64,000 bases of DNA, taken from contig OX597828.1 in NCBI GenBank assembly GCA_951406725.2, forward strand, positions 47,740,001 to 47,804,000. The letters are read 5' to 3'. A program made the translations under genes and the position numbers. This document shows positions 26,931 to 42,310 of this stretch, piece by piece (positions within the stretch are counted from its first letter, which is position 1; every line of letters begins with the position of its first letter). Origin of the DNA: Octopus vulgaris (lineage: Eukaryota). The notes below the pieces were generated by a model, which was not told the DNA's origin, did not search any database, and saw only the letters and a program-made list of their open reading frames with translations.

Positions 26931-27127
26931 ATATATATATATATATATATATACTTTTTCCAGTGGGGCTACAAGCTACAGCAGCATCAACCCTTAAGGG
27001 TTAGCCACATTTAGGTGGCAAACATACTTCATGTTGTTGTGCGGCTACTGTTTATACCCCGCTCAGAGATTTGTCATTGCTTGTTTCCACGTTTTCGAAA
27101 TCACTGGCTTTTCGTCACTGGAAAAAG

Positions 27128-27206
<79 letters not shown>

Positions 27207-27209
<3 letters not shown>

Positions 27210-27548
27210 GGTAAAGACCCCCTTCGGTCATGAATGACCATGGGATTGCACCTAGAAAGTTATCCTCCTAGACACAAGTCCGGGCAAGGTTGTTTATGGA
27301 AGGCCAGCAGTCGCCCATGCATACCAGCCTCCCCTCTCCACGCCACCAGTGTTATCCAAGAGAAAGACAAAGGTCGATACAGCTTGGCACCTGTGACGTC
27401 GCAACTCATTTCTACAGCTGAGTGAACTGGAGCAACGTGAAATAAAGTGCCTTGCTCGAGAACACAACACGCAGCCCGGTCCGAGATTCGAGCTCACAAC
27501 CTCACGATCGTAAGCTCGACGCTCTAACCACTGAGCCATGCGCCTTCA
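27207..27548 (-). mobile_element. SINE family B, full length
   Basis: Reverse copy of 4964-5298. Confidence 0.88.
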
Positions 27549-27574
27549 CAGACAGTAAAGTAAATGACATTACT

Positions 27575-27641
27575 TGGAGAATCCGGGCATCGATCCCGGT
27601 ACCTCTCGCATGCTAAGCGAGCGCTCTACCATCTGAGCTAA

Positions 27642-27647
<6 letters not shown>
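27575..27647 (-). pseudogene. trnA-AGC: tRNA-Ala(AGC) copy, first 3 nt replaced by (TA)n
   Basis: Minus strand tatGAATTAGCTCAGATGGTAGAGCGCTCGCTTAGCATGCGAGAGGTACCGGGATCGATGCCCGGATTCTCCA; D, anticodon and T arms intact; 5' GGG missing. Confidence 0.85.
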
Positions 27648-27691
<44 letters not shown>

Positions 27692-27704
27692 GTATATATA
27701 TATA

Positions 27705-27990
27705 TATATTTGCATTGAGAATCACCTCCCATCGCCAACCGGTGGTTGCCACACGCTGATGACGGGTCAATACCCAGAAACTCGGGTCCGTGTGTATCAC
27801 GTCAGGCTGGAGATGGGAACGATGACTGATAAGGCACAGATAGTGTGTCAATAGCCAGCTAGAGAAGATATCTTCCTGGGGCTACAAGTTACAGTAGCAT
27901 CAACCCTTAAGGATTAGCCACATTTAAGTGGCAAATATACTTCACGATGTCGTGCAGCTACCGTTTATACCTCGCTCAGAGATTTGTTAT
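27705..27990 (+). mobile_element. Hammerhead-bearing module H2
   Basis: Starts (TA)n-TTTGCATTGAGAA, the same boundary as the 26930 copy. Confidence 0.75.
27750..27794 (+). ncRNA. Minimal type I hammerhead ribozyme (H2), best-preserved copy
   Basis: CACACG-CTGATGA-C-GGGT(caat)ACCC-A-GAAA-C(tcgg)G-TC|CGTGTG; 6-bp stem I; GUC site ends at 27788. Confidence 0.8.
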
Positions 27991-28103
27991 ATATATATGA
28001 TATATATTTTTTTTTTTTTTTTTATTAGTATGTGACCTCGTGAATACTACCTGCAATTTTTTTTTCCTCTGTCCTCCCGTGTCGGGATCTTTCTTTCTCC
28101 TAT

Positions 28104-28138
28104 GTTTCCGACGAAGAGCTCCGCTCGAAACGCCAAAC
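28104..28138 (+). ncRNA. Minimal hammerhead variant related to H1
   Basis: GTTT-CCGACGA-A-GAGC(tcc)GCTC-GAAA-C-GCC-AAAC; cleavage triplet mutated to GCC. Confidence 0.5.
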
Positions 28139-28236
28139 CCTCCTTCTTCCCTTCTTTCCTGAGCGTCCAATAATACTTTATTTGTTCCACATCCTTGCGT
28201 TGTTGTCTTTTTGTTTTCTTGTTTGGATTAACTTTA

Positions 28237-28273
<37 letters not shown>

Positions 28274-28454
28274 ATACATAAGTGGTCACTTGATCAGTAA
28301 CAAATACCAGTCAAATTACCTTCAAATCACGACCTTCGTACTGCATAATGTAGTTATAGACACGCCCCGTGCCCTTAAGAAGGGATCATAACAACATGAG
28401 GATTATAACATGAACAAATGTATCACGCGAACACGCATATACATACATTCACAG

Positions 28455-28492
<38 letters not shown>

Positions 28493-28873
28493 CGTTACAT
28501 TCGTATTACGCACACAAACGCACGTATTACATATGCATACATATATTACACGTAACAAACTCAAACACACAGTACATACATATCGTTTACATACACACGT
28601 ATTGCATGCATGTAACACACACGTGCACACACACACACACACATACACACACACACACACACACGCACATACACACACAGAGAAACGAGATCATCACGGC
28701 CGTTTTTAAAGATGAACAAATATCCGTGTGTGTGTCAATGAACATAAAAGAACGTTTATGGAAGGAAGACATATTGTCTTTAAAATAGTTGCTATTGTTT
28801 GTTTGTTTATCGCTTTGCTATTGTAGCAGTTGTTGTTGTTGTTGTTGTAATAGTTTTTATTCTATTGTTCTTA

Positions 28874-28912
<39 letters not shown>

Positions 28913-29002
28913 GCTTCCATTGTAAAGCATTAATATAAAACCATATGATATGCTTCCAATTGGAACTAATTGTTCTGTCTCACCTTTCACCATCCCTACT
29001 TC

Positions 29003-29050
<48 letters not shown>

Positions 29051-29280
29051 TCTTTCTCACTCTATCTATCTATCTATCTGCCTATCTTTCTATCTTTATA
29101 CTTATTTGTATCTCTCTCTCTCTCTCTTTCACTCTCCTTTCTCATGCAATAACGCACAAATAAACACATACTTTTTCACACACTGTATTAACCTTTCTCC
29201 ATCTCGCATAAAAATCAAAACACACTTACACACACGCACGCATGCACACACACACACACGCGCGCGTACATATATACATG

Positions 29281-29316
<36 letters not shown>

Positions 29317-29329
29317 CGCTCTCTCTCTC

Positions 29330-29634
29330 TCTCTACCTATCTATCTATCTCTATCTATCTATCTCCCTGTCTCTCTGTCATTCCTTCATTATTTCGATAT
29401 CGTTTCTTTTGCCCCGACACATTCATTCTTACTGTTTCTCTCGCCCCCTCAATCCTTCCCACTCCTTCTCTTTCTCTCTCTCTCTATTTCTCTCTCTCTA
29501 TCTATCTATCTATCTATCTATCTCTATCTCTCTCTTGTCTCTTTTTCTCTCTCACTTTTGTCTCTTTCTCTCTCTATCTATTTATCTCTATATTCCTATC
29601 TATTTATCTATCCATCAGTCTATTCCTCTATCTG

Positions 29635-29665
<31 letters not shown>

Positions 29666-29832
29666 GTCTGTCTGTCTGTCTGTCTATCAATCTATCTATC
29701 TAATTAATCCAACTATTTATCTATCTATCCATCTATCCATCTATCTTTCTATCTATCTATCTATCTATCTATCCATCTATCTCTTCTATCTATCTATCTA
29801 TCTATCTTTCTATCTATCTATCTATCTATCTA

Positions 29833-29866
<34 letters not shown>

Positions 29867-29985
29867 AATCTATCTATCTAATTAATCCAACTATTTATCT
29901 ATCTATCCATCTATCCATCTATCTTTCTATCTATCTATCTATCTATCTATCCATCTATCTTTCTATCTATCTATCTATCTATCTT

Positions 29986-30037
<52 letters not shown>

Positions 30038-30055
30038 ACTATCTTTCAATCTATC
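29330..30055. repeat. (TATC)n/(TGTC)n compound microsatellite with ~178-bp higher-order duplication
   Basis: CTAATTAATCCAACTATTT recurs at ~29700 and ~29878. Confidence 0.9.
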
Positions 30056-30591
30056 TCTAGAAACCACGCCTTTCTCATTGCGTTTTGCCACAGAGCAAAT
30101 GTTGCGGAAAAAGAGATAAAAAATTTTTTTAATGAAAGAAAGACGGAAGGAAAGCATCCAAACAATAACAAATATTGCTGCCCCCAAACTCCCCTTCACT
30201 CAACCACACCCATATGATTTTGTTTTTCTGTAAACCATTTGGGTTGATTTATTGTAATGTTCTTTCATTTATCGCTATTGTTGCGGTGAAGAAAAGCGTT
30301 GTGTTTTCATTGAAGGGATCACTTTACACAATTCTTTATATCTCACAAGTTTCCTTCACTGTGTTTATATCTCTTTTCTTTAAATTGTTTTGTTTTGTTC
30401 TGTTTTTTATTGTATTTCGTTATCTGTATTTAATTTCGAAAGATCGTTTTGACTGAAGTTATAAAGGAGTTTGCCAGGGGAAGAAGACGTCTTGCCTTGA
30501 CAGCTAGCAGACGACAAACGGGCATCGAGCAGACGACCGACTTGCAACAGACAGTAACGTCTGGATCTCACTGCTACAATATATACGCACA

Positions 30592-30763
<172 letters not shown>

Positions 30764-31027
30764 GGGTAGCCCGCTTACACTTTGCTTATAAAGATTAACT
30801 TAATACACGCTTCCTTTTCAGCTAATGTTGGTATCATGTAACATTTTTAAATAATACTTTCACTCCTAAATAAAAAATAAATAAATAAAATAATCAAATG
30901 GCTGAACGTGCGTTGCACTGAAGAATGGTATTTTATCGAAGTGGCGGTTGCAGTTTGGTGTTTGATATTGTGGTTGACTTTGCGGTGTTTTACTGAAAGT
31001 GTGGTTAACACAGATTGTTTGACAACG

Positions 31028-31126
<99 letters not shown>

Positions 31127-31806
31127 GTTATTTGGTAATCAGGGATATGCAGGTAAATGATATATTATTTATTTATATTTTACGCTGATGACTCACGGTA
31201 GAAAGTGATTTATAAATTAATGATATATGAAGTGGGAGAAGCAAAACGTAACGACTTAAATGCAGTGGGCGTTTAAAATATTATATATTCGCAAATATGT
31301 ATTAGAGCATTAAATTAGGTGAAACAATAAAACAAAATGTCGATGGCCTTTGCTTCAGTTAAGCAGTCTTTTCCGGAAAATTTGTAATATTAGTTTCTTT
31401 TTAAAACAAATGAAGAAGAAACAACTATGGAAGGGATACTTAAAATAAGACATTAATCATGTGACGGAAGGGGCGGGGAATAAGAAATAAAAAGGGAATT
31501 TCGAGGATTGACCTGCCTAACACAGACATGAAGACGTCCGTTAAGTAATTTGTTTGACCTGTTAGAAACAGCAATCAAATCGGCCTTATGTAACATTCTC
31601 TCATCTTAAACAAAGAAAAGACACGCGAGATAATGTAACTCTTAGATGTCTTTAAGAAGATGGGACTGTTGTTGTGGGTGGAATACTTATTGATCGTAGG
31701 CCTTTTAGATAAGGTTTAACCTGGGGTTGTGCCAAAATCACATTCATCTTTTATCTTTCAATAAAACATAGCGGCTGTAAAATTCTACGGTCGATATAAT
31801 ACACGG

Positions 31807-31886
<80 letters not shown>

Positions 31887-32118
31887 CTTATGGCGAAACT
31901 GAAAGGACTGAAGTCAGACACTTTCTTTTTCAACCAAGCCCTCTTCGACTTCTACATTATTTAAGTTGCACTTACAAAAGAAAGTGAGAGTACAGGAGAT
32001 ACATACGCTCACAGATATACATATACATAAACGTACATACATATATATAAATATGCATCGTTAGCTTTACACGCATTTTTTTTCTCTCCTTGTTTCTCTC
32101 CTTGTTTTTTTCTGTGTA

Positions 32119-32156
32119 TCTTTCTGTAGAAGAGCGTAGGCTCGAAACGTAAAAGA
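32119..32156 (+). ncRNA. Minimal hammerhead variant (H1)
   Basis: TCTTT-CTGTAGA-A-GAGC(gtag)GCTC-GAAA-C-GTA-AAAGA. Confidence 0.65.
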
Positions 32157-32377
32157 CTCTTTCTATTCCTGAGCGCTATACTAATACATTTGTTTGTTTG
32201 TACTCCACCTGCCTTCGTCTTTTGTTTTATTTTCGTAAACTTTCCCTTTGGGTGTGCATGTGTGCGCGTGTGTCTATAAATGTATGTATACATACACATA
32301 AACATACATGCATACTCACATACATACACACACACACATGTATACATACATATAAACATACATACATGCATACATAC

Positions 32378-32408
<31 letters not shown>

Positions 32409-32709
32409 CATACATACATACATACATACATACACATGCATGTACGTATTCAACGGGGTGTTATAAGCACCCCGTTTTTGTAATCAGACACTGCCATGCA
32501 CTAAATCACACCCACAACCAGACAACAAGCACACCCACAACTAATACCACAACCAAATTCGTGTACCATCTACTACCGCCTAAACATTAACACCGACTCG
32601 AACCACAATAAAATACATCGTCCTTTCAACAACAGGCTGAAAATTTAACCACCATTTTTTTTTCTTTCACCGAAATCTTAACCACAACATAAAGCGCAAC
32701 TACAACTTT

Positions 32710-32851
32710 TCTACTCAAGGCAGAAGGCACGAAATTGTGGGGGAAGGGGCAGGGGTCAGTCGATTAGATCGAACTCAGTATGCAACTGGTATTTATTTTA
32801 TCGACCCCGAAAGGATGAAAAGCAAAGAGGACCTCGGCGGAATTTGAACTC
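32710..32851 (-). mobile_element. SINE family C fragment
   Basis: Contains GACCTCGGCGGAATTTGAACTC. Confidence 0.7.
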
Positions 32852-32899
32852 TGGTCTCACTGATGGCTATGATAGATAGATACATACATACATACATGC

Positions 32900-32985
<86 letters not shown>

Positions 32986-33105
32986 GTGTATGCGTGCGTG
33001 CGTGCGTGCGGACGTGTGTACACACATCTAACCAAACCTACAGACCTCAGAAATGATTGGTAAACTCACCCCGCGCTACTTTAGCTGTCTCCTAACCCAC
33101 CAGGT

Positions 33106-33154
<49 letters not shown>

Positions 33155-33257
33155 ACACACACACCTATACACACCTCATACACACACACATGCGTATATG
33201 TAAATACATATTCATAAATAAATACATAAATATACTCATATTGTGTGTGAGTTTACG

Positions 33258-33289
<32 letters not shown>

Positions 33290-33480
33290 ATTGAGCATGC
33301 GCGTGCGCGTGTGCGTGTGTAAGTTTGAAGAATCACTATGAACTTTCGCTCTCCGGAGTCTTTTGATTTTTTGCTAAATTTCTACATTTATACATATTTT
33401 TTTACACTCTTCTGCATAAATATGTTATAAATAATTTGATGCCTTACAACTAACTGTCCATCTTTTATTCTATTCTATTT

Positions 33481-33523
<43 letters not shown>

Positions 33524-33593
33524 ATATATACATATATATGTATGTGTATATATATAAGTATATATGTACATATACACACACACACACACACAT

Positions 33594-33658
<65 letters not shown>

Positions 33659-33818
33659 TACATATATACATATATACATATATATGTGTGTGTATTGTTG
33701 TGTCTGAGGAGAGATACACATATGTATAAATATGGACATTTATCTATCTGTCTATCTATCTATCAATTAATACAAAAATAAGGTATATATATATATATAT
33801 ATATAGCTATTGGGTCAC

Positions 33819-33857
<39 letters not shown>

Positions 33858-33977
33858 AACATTTGTGTGTGCGTGTATGTTTGTGGGGAGTGCGTGTGTG
33901 TGTGTGTATGTTTGTGGGGTGTTTGTGTGTGTGTGTGTGTGCGTGTGCATGTGTGTGTGTGTTTGTGTATGTGTTTG

Positions 33978-34041
<64 letters not shown>

Positions 34042-34229
34042 CGTGTGTGTGCGTGTGTGCGTGTGATGCGATATTGAACTCCGATTCTTTAGCCTGTAGC
34101 AATTACATCTTTTTAATATTTCAAAAATGAAACCGCGTCATATTAAAGATTCGATCGTGCAAATATAATCGCTTCCATGTTTTTTTCGGGGGAAAATATC
34201 AATGCAATAAAACGGAGAAAAAAAAATTA

Positions 34230-34291
<62 letters not shown>

Positions 34292-34387
34292 TACACACAC
34301 ACACAGATACACGCACACAAAATAACACAGGAATGTATGCATACACATGTATACATGTAAATACATACATACATATACACACACAAC

Positions 34388-34424
<37 letters not shown>

Positions 34425-34649
34425 GTATGCATATTCATAAATACAAATGTATACAGGCGTCGGCAAATGTATACAGTTACTTAATATGAGTGGAATGTTC
34501 TTTTCATTTCTCTGTTCCTTATTTAGGATAAGAATTCTATGATTCCATGTCAACTGTATATCAACTTTTGCCACCCCGATATAGACACGACAAAATTTCT
34601 TTTACCGTATCCCACGAGATATTTTATATATGCACAACACACACATATA

Positions 34650-34725
<76 letters not shown>

Positions 34726-35356
34726 AATATATATAAGATATAAATATATGCATATATACATACATATATGTGCATACCTACATATATATGTATATATACA
34801 TACATATATGGATACAGGACATCAAAAAAATAGAGAAACGAAACATACAACATAAATAATATTCCCTTCTTCAGTTGTCCCTGTTTCATCTACTCCGCGT
34901 TACGAAGGCAAGGACAAGACGCGACTTCGTTGAAATAGTCCTTCCCGCAAAGCAAATTAAATAAAATTTGTGATTTTTTTGCGGAGGTTGAAAGTGGTAA
35001 CAAGAACAGGACAGTGAGAACAAAACAGTAAAAACAAACTTCAACGAAGTCGCGTCTTGCCCTTACCTTCAGAACGCGGAGCAGATGAAACAGGGACAAC
35101 TGAAGAAGGGGAATATTCTTTATGCTGTATGTCTCATTTCTCGGGGGGTTTTTTTTCATTGTTCGAAAAAAGTTCGTTTCTATGTTTTTGTTTTTATGCT
35201 TTCGTTTCTCATTATGTTCAACGTTTTTTAGATGTCATGAACCCATATATGCATGTATATTTACATATATATGTAGATATGTACATATATGCATATATTT
35301 ATATATTATTTATATTATTATATGATCGACGCCACGCATCCTTTTTCAAGTAAGTT

Positions 35357-35414
<58 letters not shown>

Positions 35415-35575
35415 CTATCTATCTATCTATATATGTATGTATACATGTATGTATGTATGTATGTATGTATGTGTGTATGCATGCAAGTATGTATGTATGT
35501 ATGCATGTATGTATGTGTATATGCATGCAAGTATGTATGTATGTATGTATGTATGTATGTATGCATACATATACA

Positions 35576-36920
<1,345 letters not shown>

Positions 36921-36939
36921 TACCCAAAGCCAAGAAGTT

Positions 36940-36971
<32 letters not shown>

Positions 36972-37149
36972 AAAAAGGAAATGAAGAAAATGCTGACAAA
37001 ATAATTTAAATAATTTAAGTAATTTAATTAGGTGAAAGTTCTTTTTACCGGTTGCGCATTTGTTATGCTTATCAAAATATATTTTTCTAAGAGAGATAGA
37101 GTTCCTTTCTGATATATTTTTTCCTTTGTGCCATATATTTGGGGGGGGG

Positions 37150-38080
37150 GTGTTGTACTAATGAATGTCTAAAAAAAAAGTGTTTTTTTTTTTTTAAAAC
37201 GAAAATTATGTTTTTTTTAAACCTAGAGATTACATAGAAAGTATTTTGCGTAGGATATGTGCAGTTCCCATGAGCACTATCTTTTGAATTTCTGCCATTT
37301 TTGGGTTTCCTGGTATCTGAGTTAGGTAGCTATCAGCTCCTTTTGCTATCATTCCCAGGGCACCTATGACAACAGGTATTGTTTTAGTCTTCAGCTTCCA
37401 CATTTTGCTGATTTCGATTTCAAGATCTTTATATTTGCTCAGTTTTTGGTAGGTCTTGACAGATACGTTTATATCGATTGGGACAGTCATATCAATGAGG
37501 AGGCATGTTCTTTGTTTGAAGTCTTTCAATATGATGTCTGGCCTATTTGCATCTATCTTTCTGTCAGTTTGAATGGTGAAGTTCCAGAGGAGTGAGATGT
37601 GGTCATTTTCAAGCACTGGGGGTGGTTTGTGTTCCCACCAGTTTTTTTCATGGGGCAAATCCAGGTTTTTACAGATTACCCAGTGAATATATTGTGCAGC
37701 TCTATCGTGCCTGTTGAGATACTCTGTAGGCGCTAGAAGACTGCACTTGGAGACCACATGGTCAATGGTTTCATTTTGTTGCTTGCATACACGACACGTT
37801 GGACTGCTTCTGATCTTTAATATGTTGGCCTGGTAGTTTCTTGTTGGTAGGCATTGATCTTGAGCTGCTATGATAAACCCCTCTGTTTCAGATTTTAAGC
37901 CAGAGGCCATTAGCCATTGATGGGTCAGGGCTTTGTCAACATCTGCATTATTTGCTCTCTTTGGGTATTTGCCATAGAGAGGTTTTTCTTGCCATTTATC
38001 ATTCAGAATATCTAAGGCCGCATATTTAGCACGGGTTTTCATGCGCTCAGCTTTTTCTGTGCCTGTTTCTTGTATGTCTT
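37150..38080 (-). mobile_element. Dong/R4-clade non-LTR retrotransposon, 5'-truncated; open C-terminal ORF 37230-38042 (zinc knuckle plus restriction-like endonuclease)
   Basis: GLKSETEGFIIAAQDQ, CRVC-x7-H-x4-C knuckle, RHD, NRPDII...LLID, KLSKYKDL; 5' junction lies next to a (TAA)n array, the known Dong target. Confidence 0.9.
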
Positions 38081-38097
38081 TATTATTTGTCTTTATT

Positions 38098-38157
<60 letters not shown>

Positions 38158-38545
38158 GTGTGAGAGAGTAGCGCATACCATCAAAGTGACAATGGAGTAC
38201 AAATATACGAAGCCCAATATATACCCATCATGACTACTCGTTTGATAAAGGTACAACAGGCACATGCATCACAACCATATGTGCACGACTAGGTAATCTT
38301 CTGTCAAGATAAAAAGCGCATGACCTTGCAGGTGGAGCCCAGTTAGAACTTTATTCAGATCAAGTAGCCTACTCCACTCAAAAGGTCCCTGAATAAGGTT
38401 TGTTTAAGGATGATGAATGAAACACTCATGTTGCCAAAGGTGAATTATCCAAACCCCAAGGTAAAACAATGTACATAATAACACTTCCAATCAGTTAAGA
38501 TGAGAAACCATGAGAGCCATTGCCTGACACTGCATCAAGACACCA

Positions 38546-38617
<72 letters not shown>

Positions 38618-38739
38618 GTTGTTGTTGTTGTTGTTGTTATTATTATTATCATTATTATCATAATCATTATTATTATTATTATTATTATTAATTGTACTGT
38701 TATTAGTATTATTATTAATATTAATAAGCAAGTTATGGG

Positions 38740-39840
38740 GGGTTTTCACAGTTGCATTGGGCATATCCGTAGGACAATTTTTATTAATTTCATACATATT
38801 CTATAATCTGAGTTGGTTTACGTAGAGACGTGTGTTAAGATCTAAACTGACGTCTAGAAAGTTTACTATTTTCGAGTTTTTATCAAATGTATTAAACAAA
38901 CCTACATTCTTAAAGTGTTTAAGTTTTCTCCTAATTCTAACATAGTCAGCATTACTGGAATTGCGTAAAATGAGCAAAGCATCGTCCCTATAAAGACCAC
39001 CTTCAAGATTATGAAATCCGTCTTTAATACAGTATAACTAGCATATCCCCCACAATGTCAGTGATTGCGCAGAGTCATTAGATCCCATGGTGATATCAAA
39101 ATTATTTTGCCTATTTTTTGTAGTCCGACGTTTATCATTAAATTTAATAATTGTTCTCATAGCTGCTAGAATGATATCTACATTGTTTTTGATTAAACTC
39201 GTGCTCTTCATAGCGAAGATAAGAGCTTTGATTAGGGGTGTAAAGAGAGATGGAAGTGTAGTAATTATTAATATTGATCCACAGAAACATAATCTTTATT
39301 TTATTATTAATATCATTAAACTAATTAATTACTTCTGTGTATTAGACCACAGACTAAGAGATATTTTCTTTTTGAATATAGGTATGATTCTGTTTATAGT
39401 GAGTTTGTTTAACCTACCGATGTCTGATTTAGTTGGACAGATTAATCTAACGGAAGCTTTACTTACAAGATTATGTTTATGATCCCTAAGGTTAGTTCTT
39501 GGTAGGAAAGGTTCTGTTCTGTCATTTCATTCAAGGACTTTTACAATATGTCCTTAATACTTATTAGGTCTGAGTTTGGCGCCAATTTATATTCCTTATT
39601 AAGTTCCTGTAGGATGTGTGTATTATATGTTTTCAGATTTAGACAATATAAGTCCCCAGTTTTATCAGCTGGGATCAAGATTCCAGCAGCATTTCGTAGC
39701 ATCTTAGGCAAATCTTTCCGTTTACAGAGGTAATTATTCTTTGTAGTATTCTTTTCAAAGTTAATATTACGGGCGATATTTAATAGATATTTTTCGAAGT
39801 TTTTGAGGTGACGTTATGAGGAGTTGAAAAAGTGATGTAA
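38740..39840 (-). pseudogene. Decayed PLE reverse transcriptase of a second lineage
   Basis: Minus strand LIPADKTG (~39655-39680), DHKHNL..VRLICPTKSDIG, FDITMGSNDSAQ, GGLYRDDAL (~38977-39003). Confidence 0.7.
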
Positions 39841-40265
39841 CCAGAATGTTATGTTGATCTGAAGAACTAGCGTTCTATATTTGTATTGATTTGTAAATGA
39901 ACAATAGCAATAAGCAATGTATAGCATGAATATTAGTGCAGGTTTGTAAAATAATTTATCACACACTAAAATACAAATTATTACATGATAAAAGCTGCGA
40001 AACGGCCGTCATCCTATGATTATCAATTGGTGAAACACATATGTATTCTTCTTTCATTCTTCTTGACATTTCATGATCTAAATACTCCTCATGAAATAAT
40101 TTCATTGATTGGATCTGTTGGACTCTACATTACACTCCTCCGTATTGGATTACTACGTGATATGTTAGCCAGATCCACTAGAGGAGCTTTTTGTGATTAC
40201 CAGAGGATTCTATGAATCCATATATTGCACTTTAAATACATACATAACATACATACATACATACA

Positions 40266-40301
<36 letters not shown>

Positions 40302-40324
40302 TATATATATGATATGTATATATA

Positions 40325-40597
40325 TATGTATATATATATATATAGAAGGGTAAAGACCCCCTTCGGTCATGAATGACCATGGGATTGCACCTAGAAAGTT
40401 ACCCTCCTAGACACAAGTCCGGGCAAGGTTGTTTATGGAAGGCTAGCAGTCGCCCATGCATACCAGCCTCCCTCTCCACGCCACCAGTGTTATCCAAGGG
40501 AAAGACAAAGGTCGATACAGCTTGGCACCTGTGACGTCGCAACTCATTTCTACAGCTGAGTGAACTGGAACAACGTGAAATAAAGTGCCTTGCTCGA
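40325..40597 (-). mobile_element. SINE family B, 5'-truncated, inside (TA)n
   Basis: Near-identical to 27207-27460. Confidence 0.85.
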
Positions 40598-40745
40598 GAT
40601 ATATATATATATATATATATATAACGACAGCGACAGAGAGAAACGGACAGACAGACAGAGATACATTACATATACATATATTTATGCATACATATAAATG
40701 TATGCATATGTATGTGCGTGTGTAAAGAAATGCATATATGTATAC

Positions 40746-40822
<77 letters not shown>

Positions 40823-40825
40823 TAT

Positions 40826-40897
<72 letters not shown>

Positions 40898-41069
40898 GAC
40901 AGAGGGAGAGAGAGGGAGACAGACAGAGAGACGTAAAATTAATATGTATTTGCGTGTAAGTATATATAAACCGGAATTGATGTCACCGGAAATTGGTACA
41001 GGCAATATATTTTCTTAATACAGAGCTTCATGTATGTATATATGTACATATAACCATATACATACATAC

Positions 41070-41148
<79 letters not shown>

Positions 41149-41499
41149 TAAAGAGAGAGAGAGAGAGAACAGAACACACTTTTATACATCGTGTCACATG
41201 CATACATGCATCTGTGAGTGCACAATCTTGTGTGCGCTTGTTTGTTCTGTATGTATACGTGTATAACTATGTGGGTGTGACCGTGCGCATACGTGTATAC
41301 ATATAGATGTAAACTTATGCACGTGTGCACTTAATTTCGCGTGCGTGTGCGCACGTATATGTGCAGTCAGTTCAAACATACGTAGACGTACAACTTGCAC
41401 GCACATACACAGACACAAGTGTATATATATTTATGTGTGTATGTGTGTATGTATGCATATGTGCATGTACGTACGTATATGTGTGTGTGCATGTAGTAT

Positions 41500-42310
41500 G
41501 TATGCATGTATGTATGTATGTATGTATGTATGTATGTATGTATGTATGTATGTATGCATGCATGCATGCATGTATGTATGTATGTATGTATGTATGTATG
41601 TATGTATGTATGTATGCATGCATGTATGTATGTATGTATGTATGTATGTATGTATGTATGCATGCATGTATGTATGTATGTATGTATGTATGTATTTATG
41701 TATGTATGCATGTATGTATGTATGTATGTATGTATGTATGTATGTATGTATGTATGTATGTATGTATGCATGCATGTATGTATGTATGTATGCATATATG
41801 TACGAATATGTGTGTATATGTCTATGCATGTATGTATGTATGTATGTATACATGTATGTATTTTTGTGTATGTATGCATGTATGTACGAATATGTGTATA
41901 TATGTCTATGTATGTATGTATTTATGCATTCATGTATGCATGCATGTTTGCATGTACGTATATGTGCGCACGCGTCTATGTATGTATGTAAATACGTATA
42001 TGTGTGTTTGTGTTTATGCATGTATGTGTGTATGCATGTATGTATGTATGTTATGTATGCCTGTATGTTTGTACGTATATGTGTGTATGTGTTTATGCAT
42101 GCATGTGTGTATGCATAAATGGATGTATGTTATGTATGCCTGTATGTATGTATGTATTATGTATGTATGTATGTATGTATATGTGTGTATGTGTTTACGT
42201 ATGTATGTATCTGTGTGTATGTATGTGAGTACGTGTATGTGTGTATGTGTCTACGTATGTATGTATGTATGTATGTATGTATGTATATATGTATGTATGT
42301 ATGTATGTAG
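41500..42310. repeat. (TATG)n degenerate microsatellite
   Basis: Visible directly. Confidence 0.95.

Noticed and set aside
35085-35120. GAAAC...CTGAAGA in family E as a hammerhead
   Set aside because: Could not assemble stems I-III or an NUH site in any permutation by eye.
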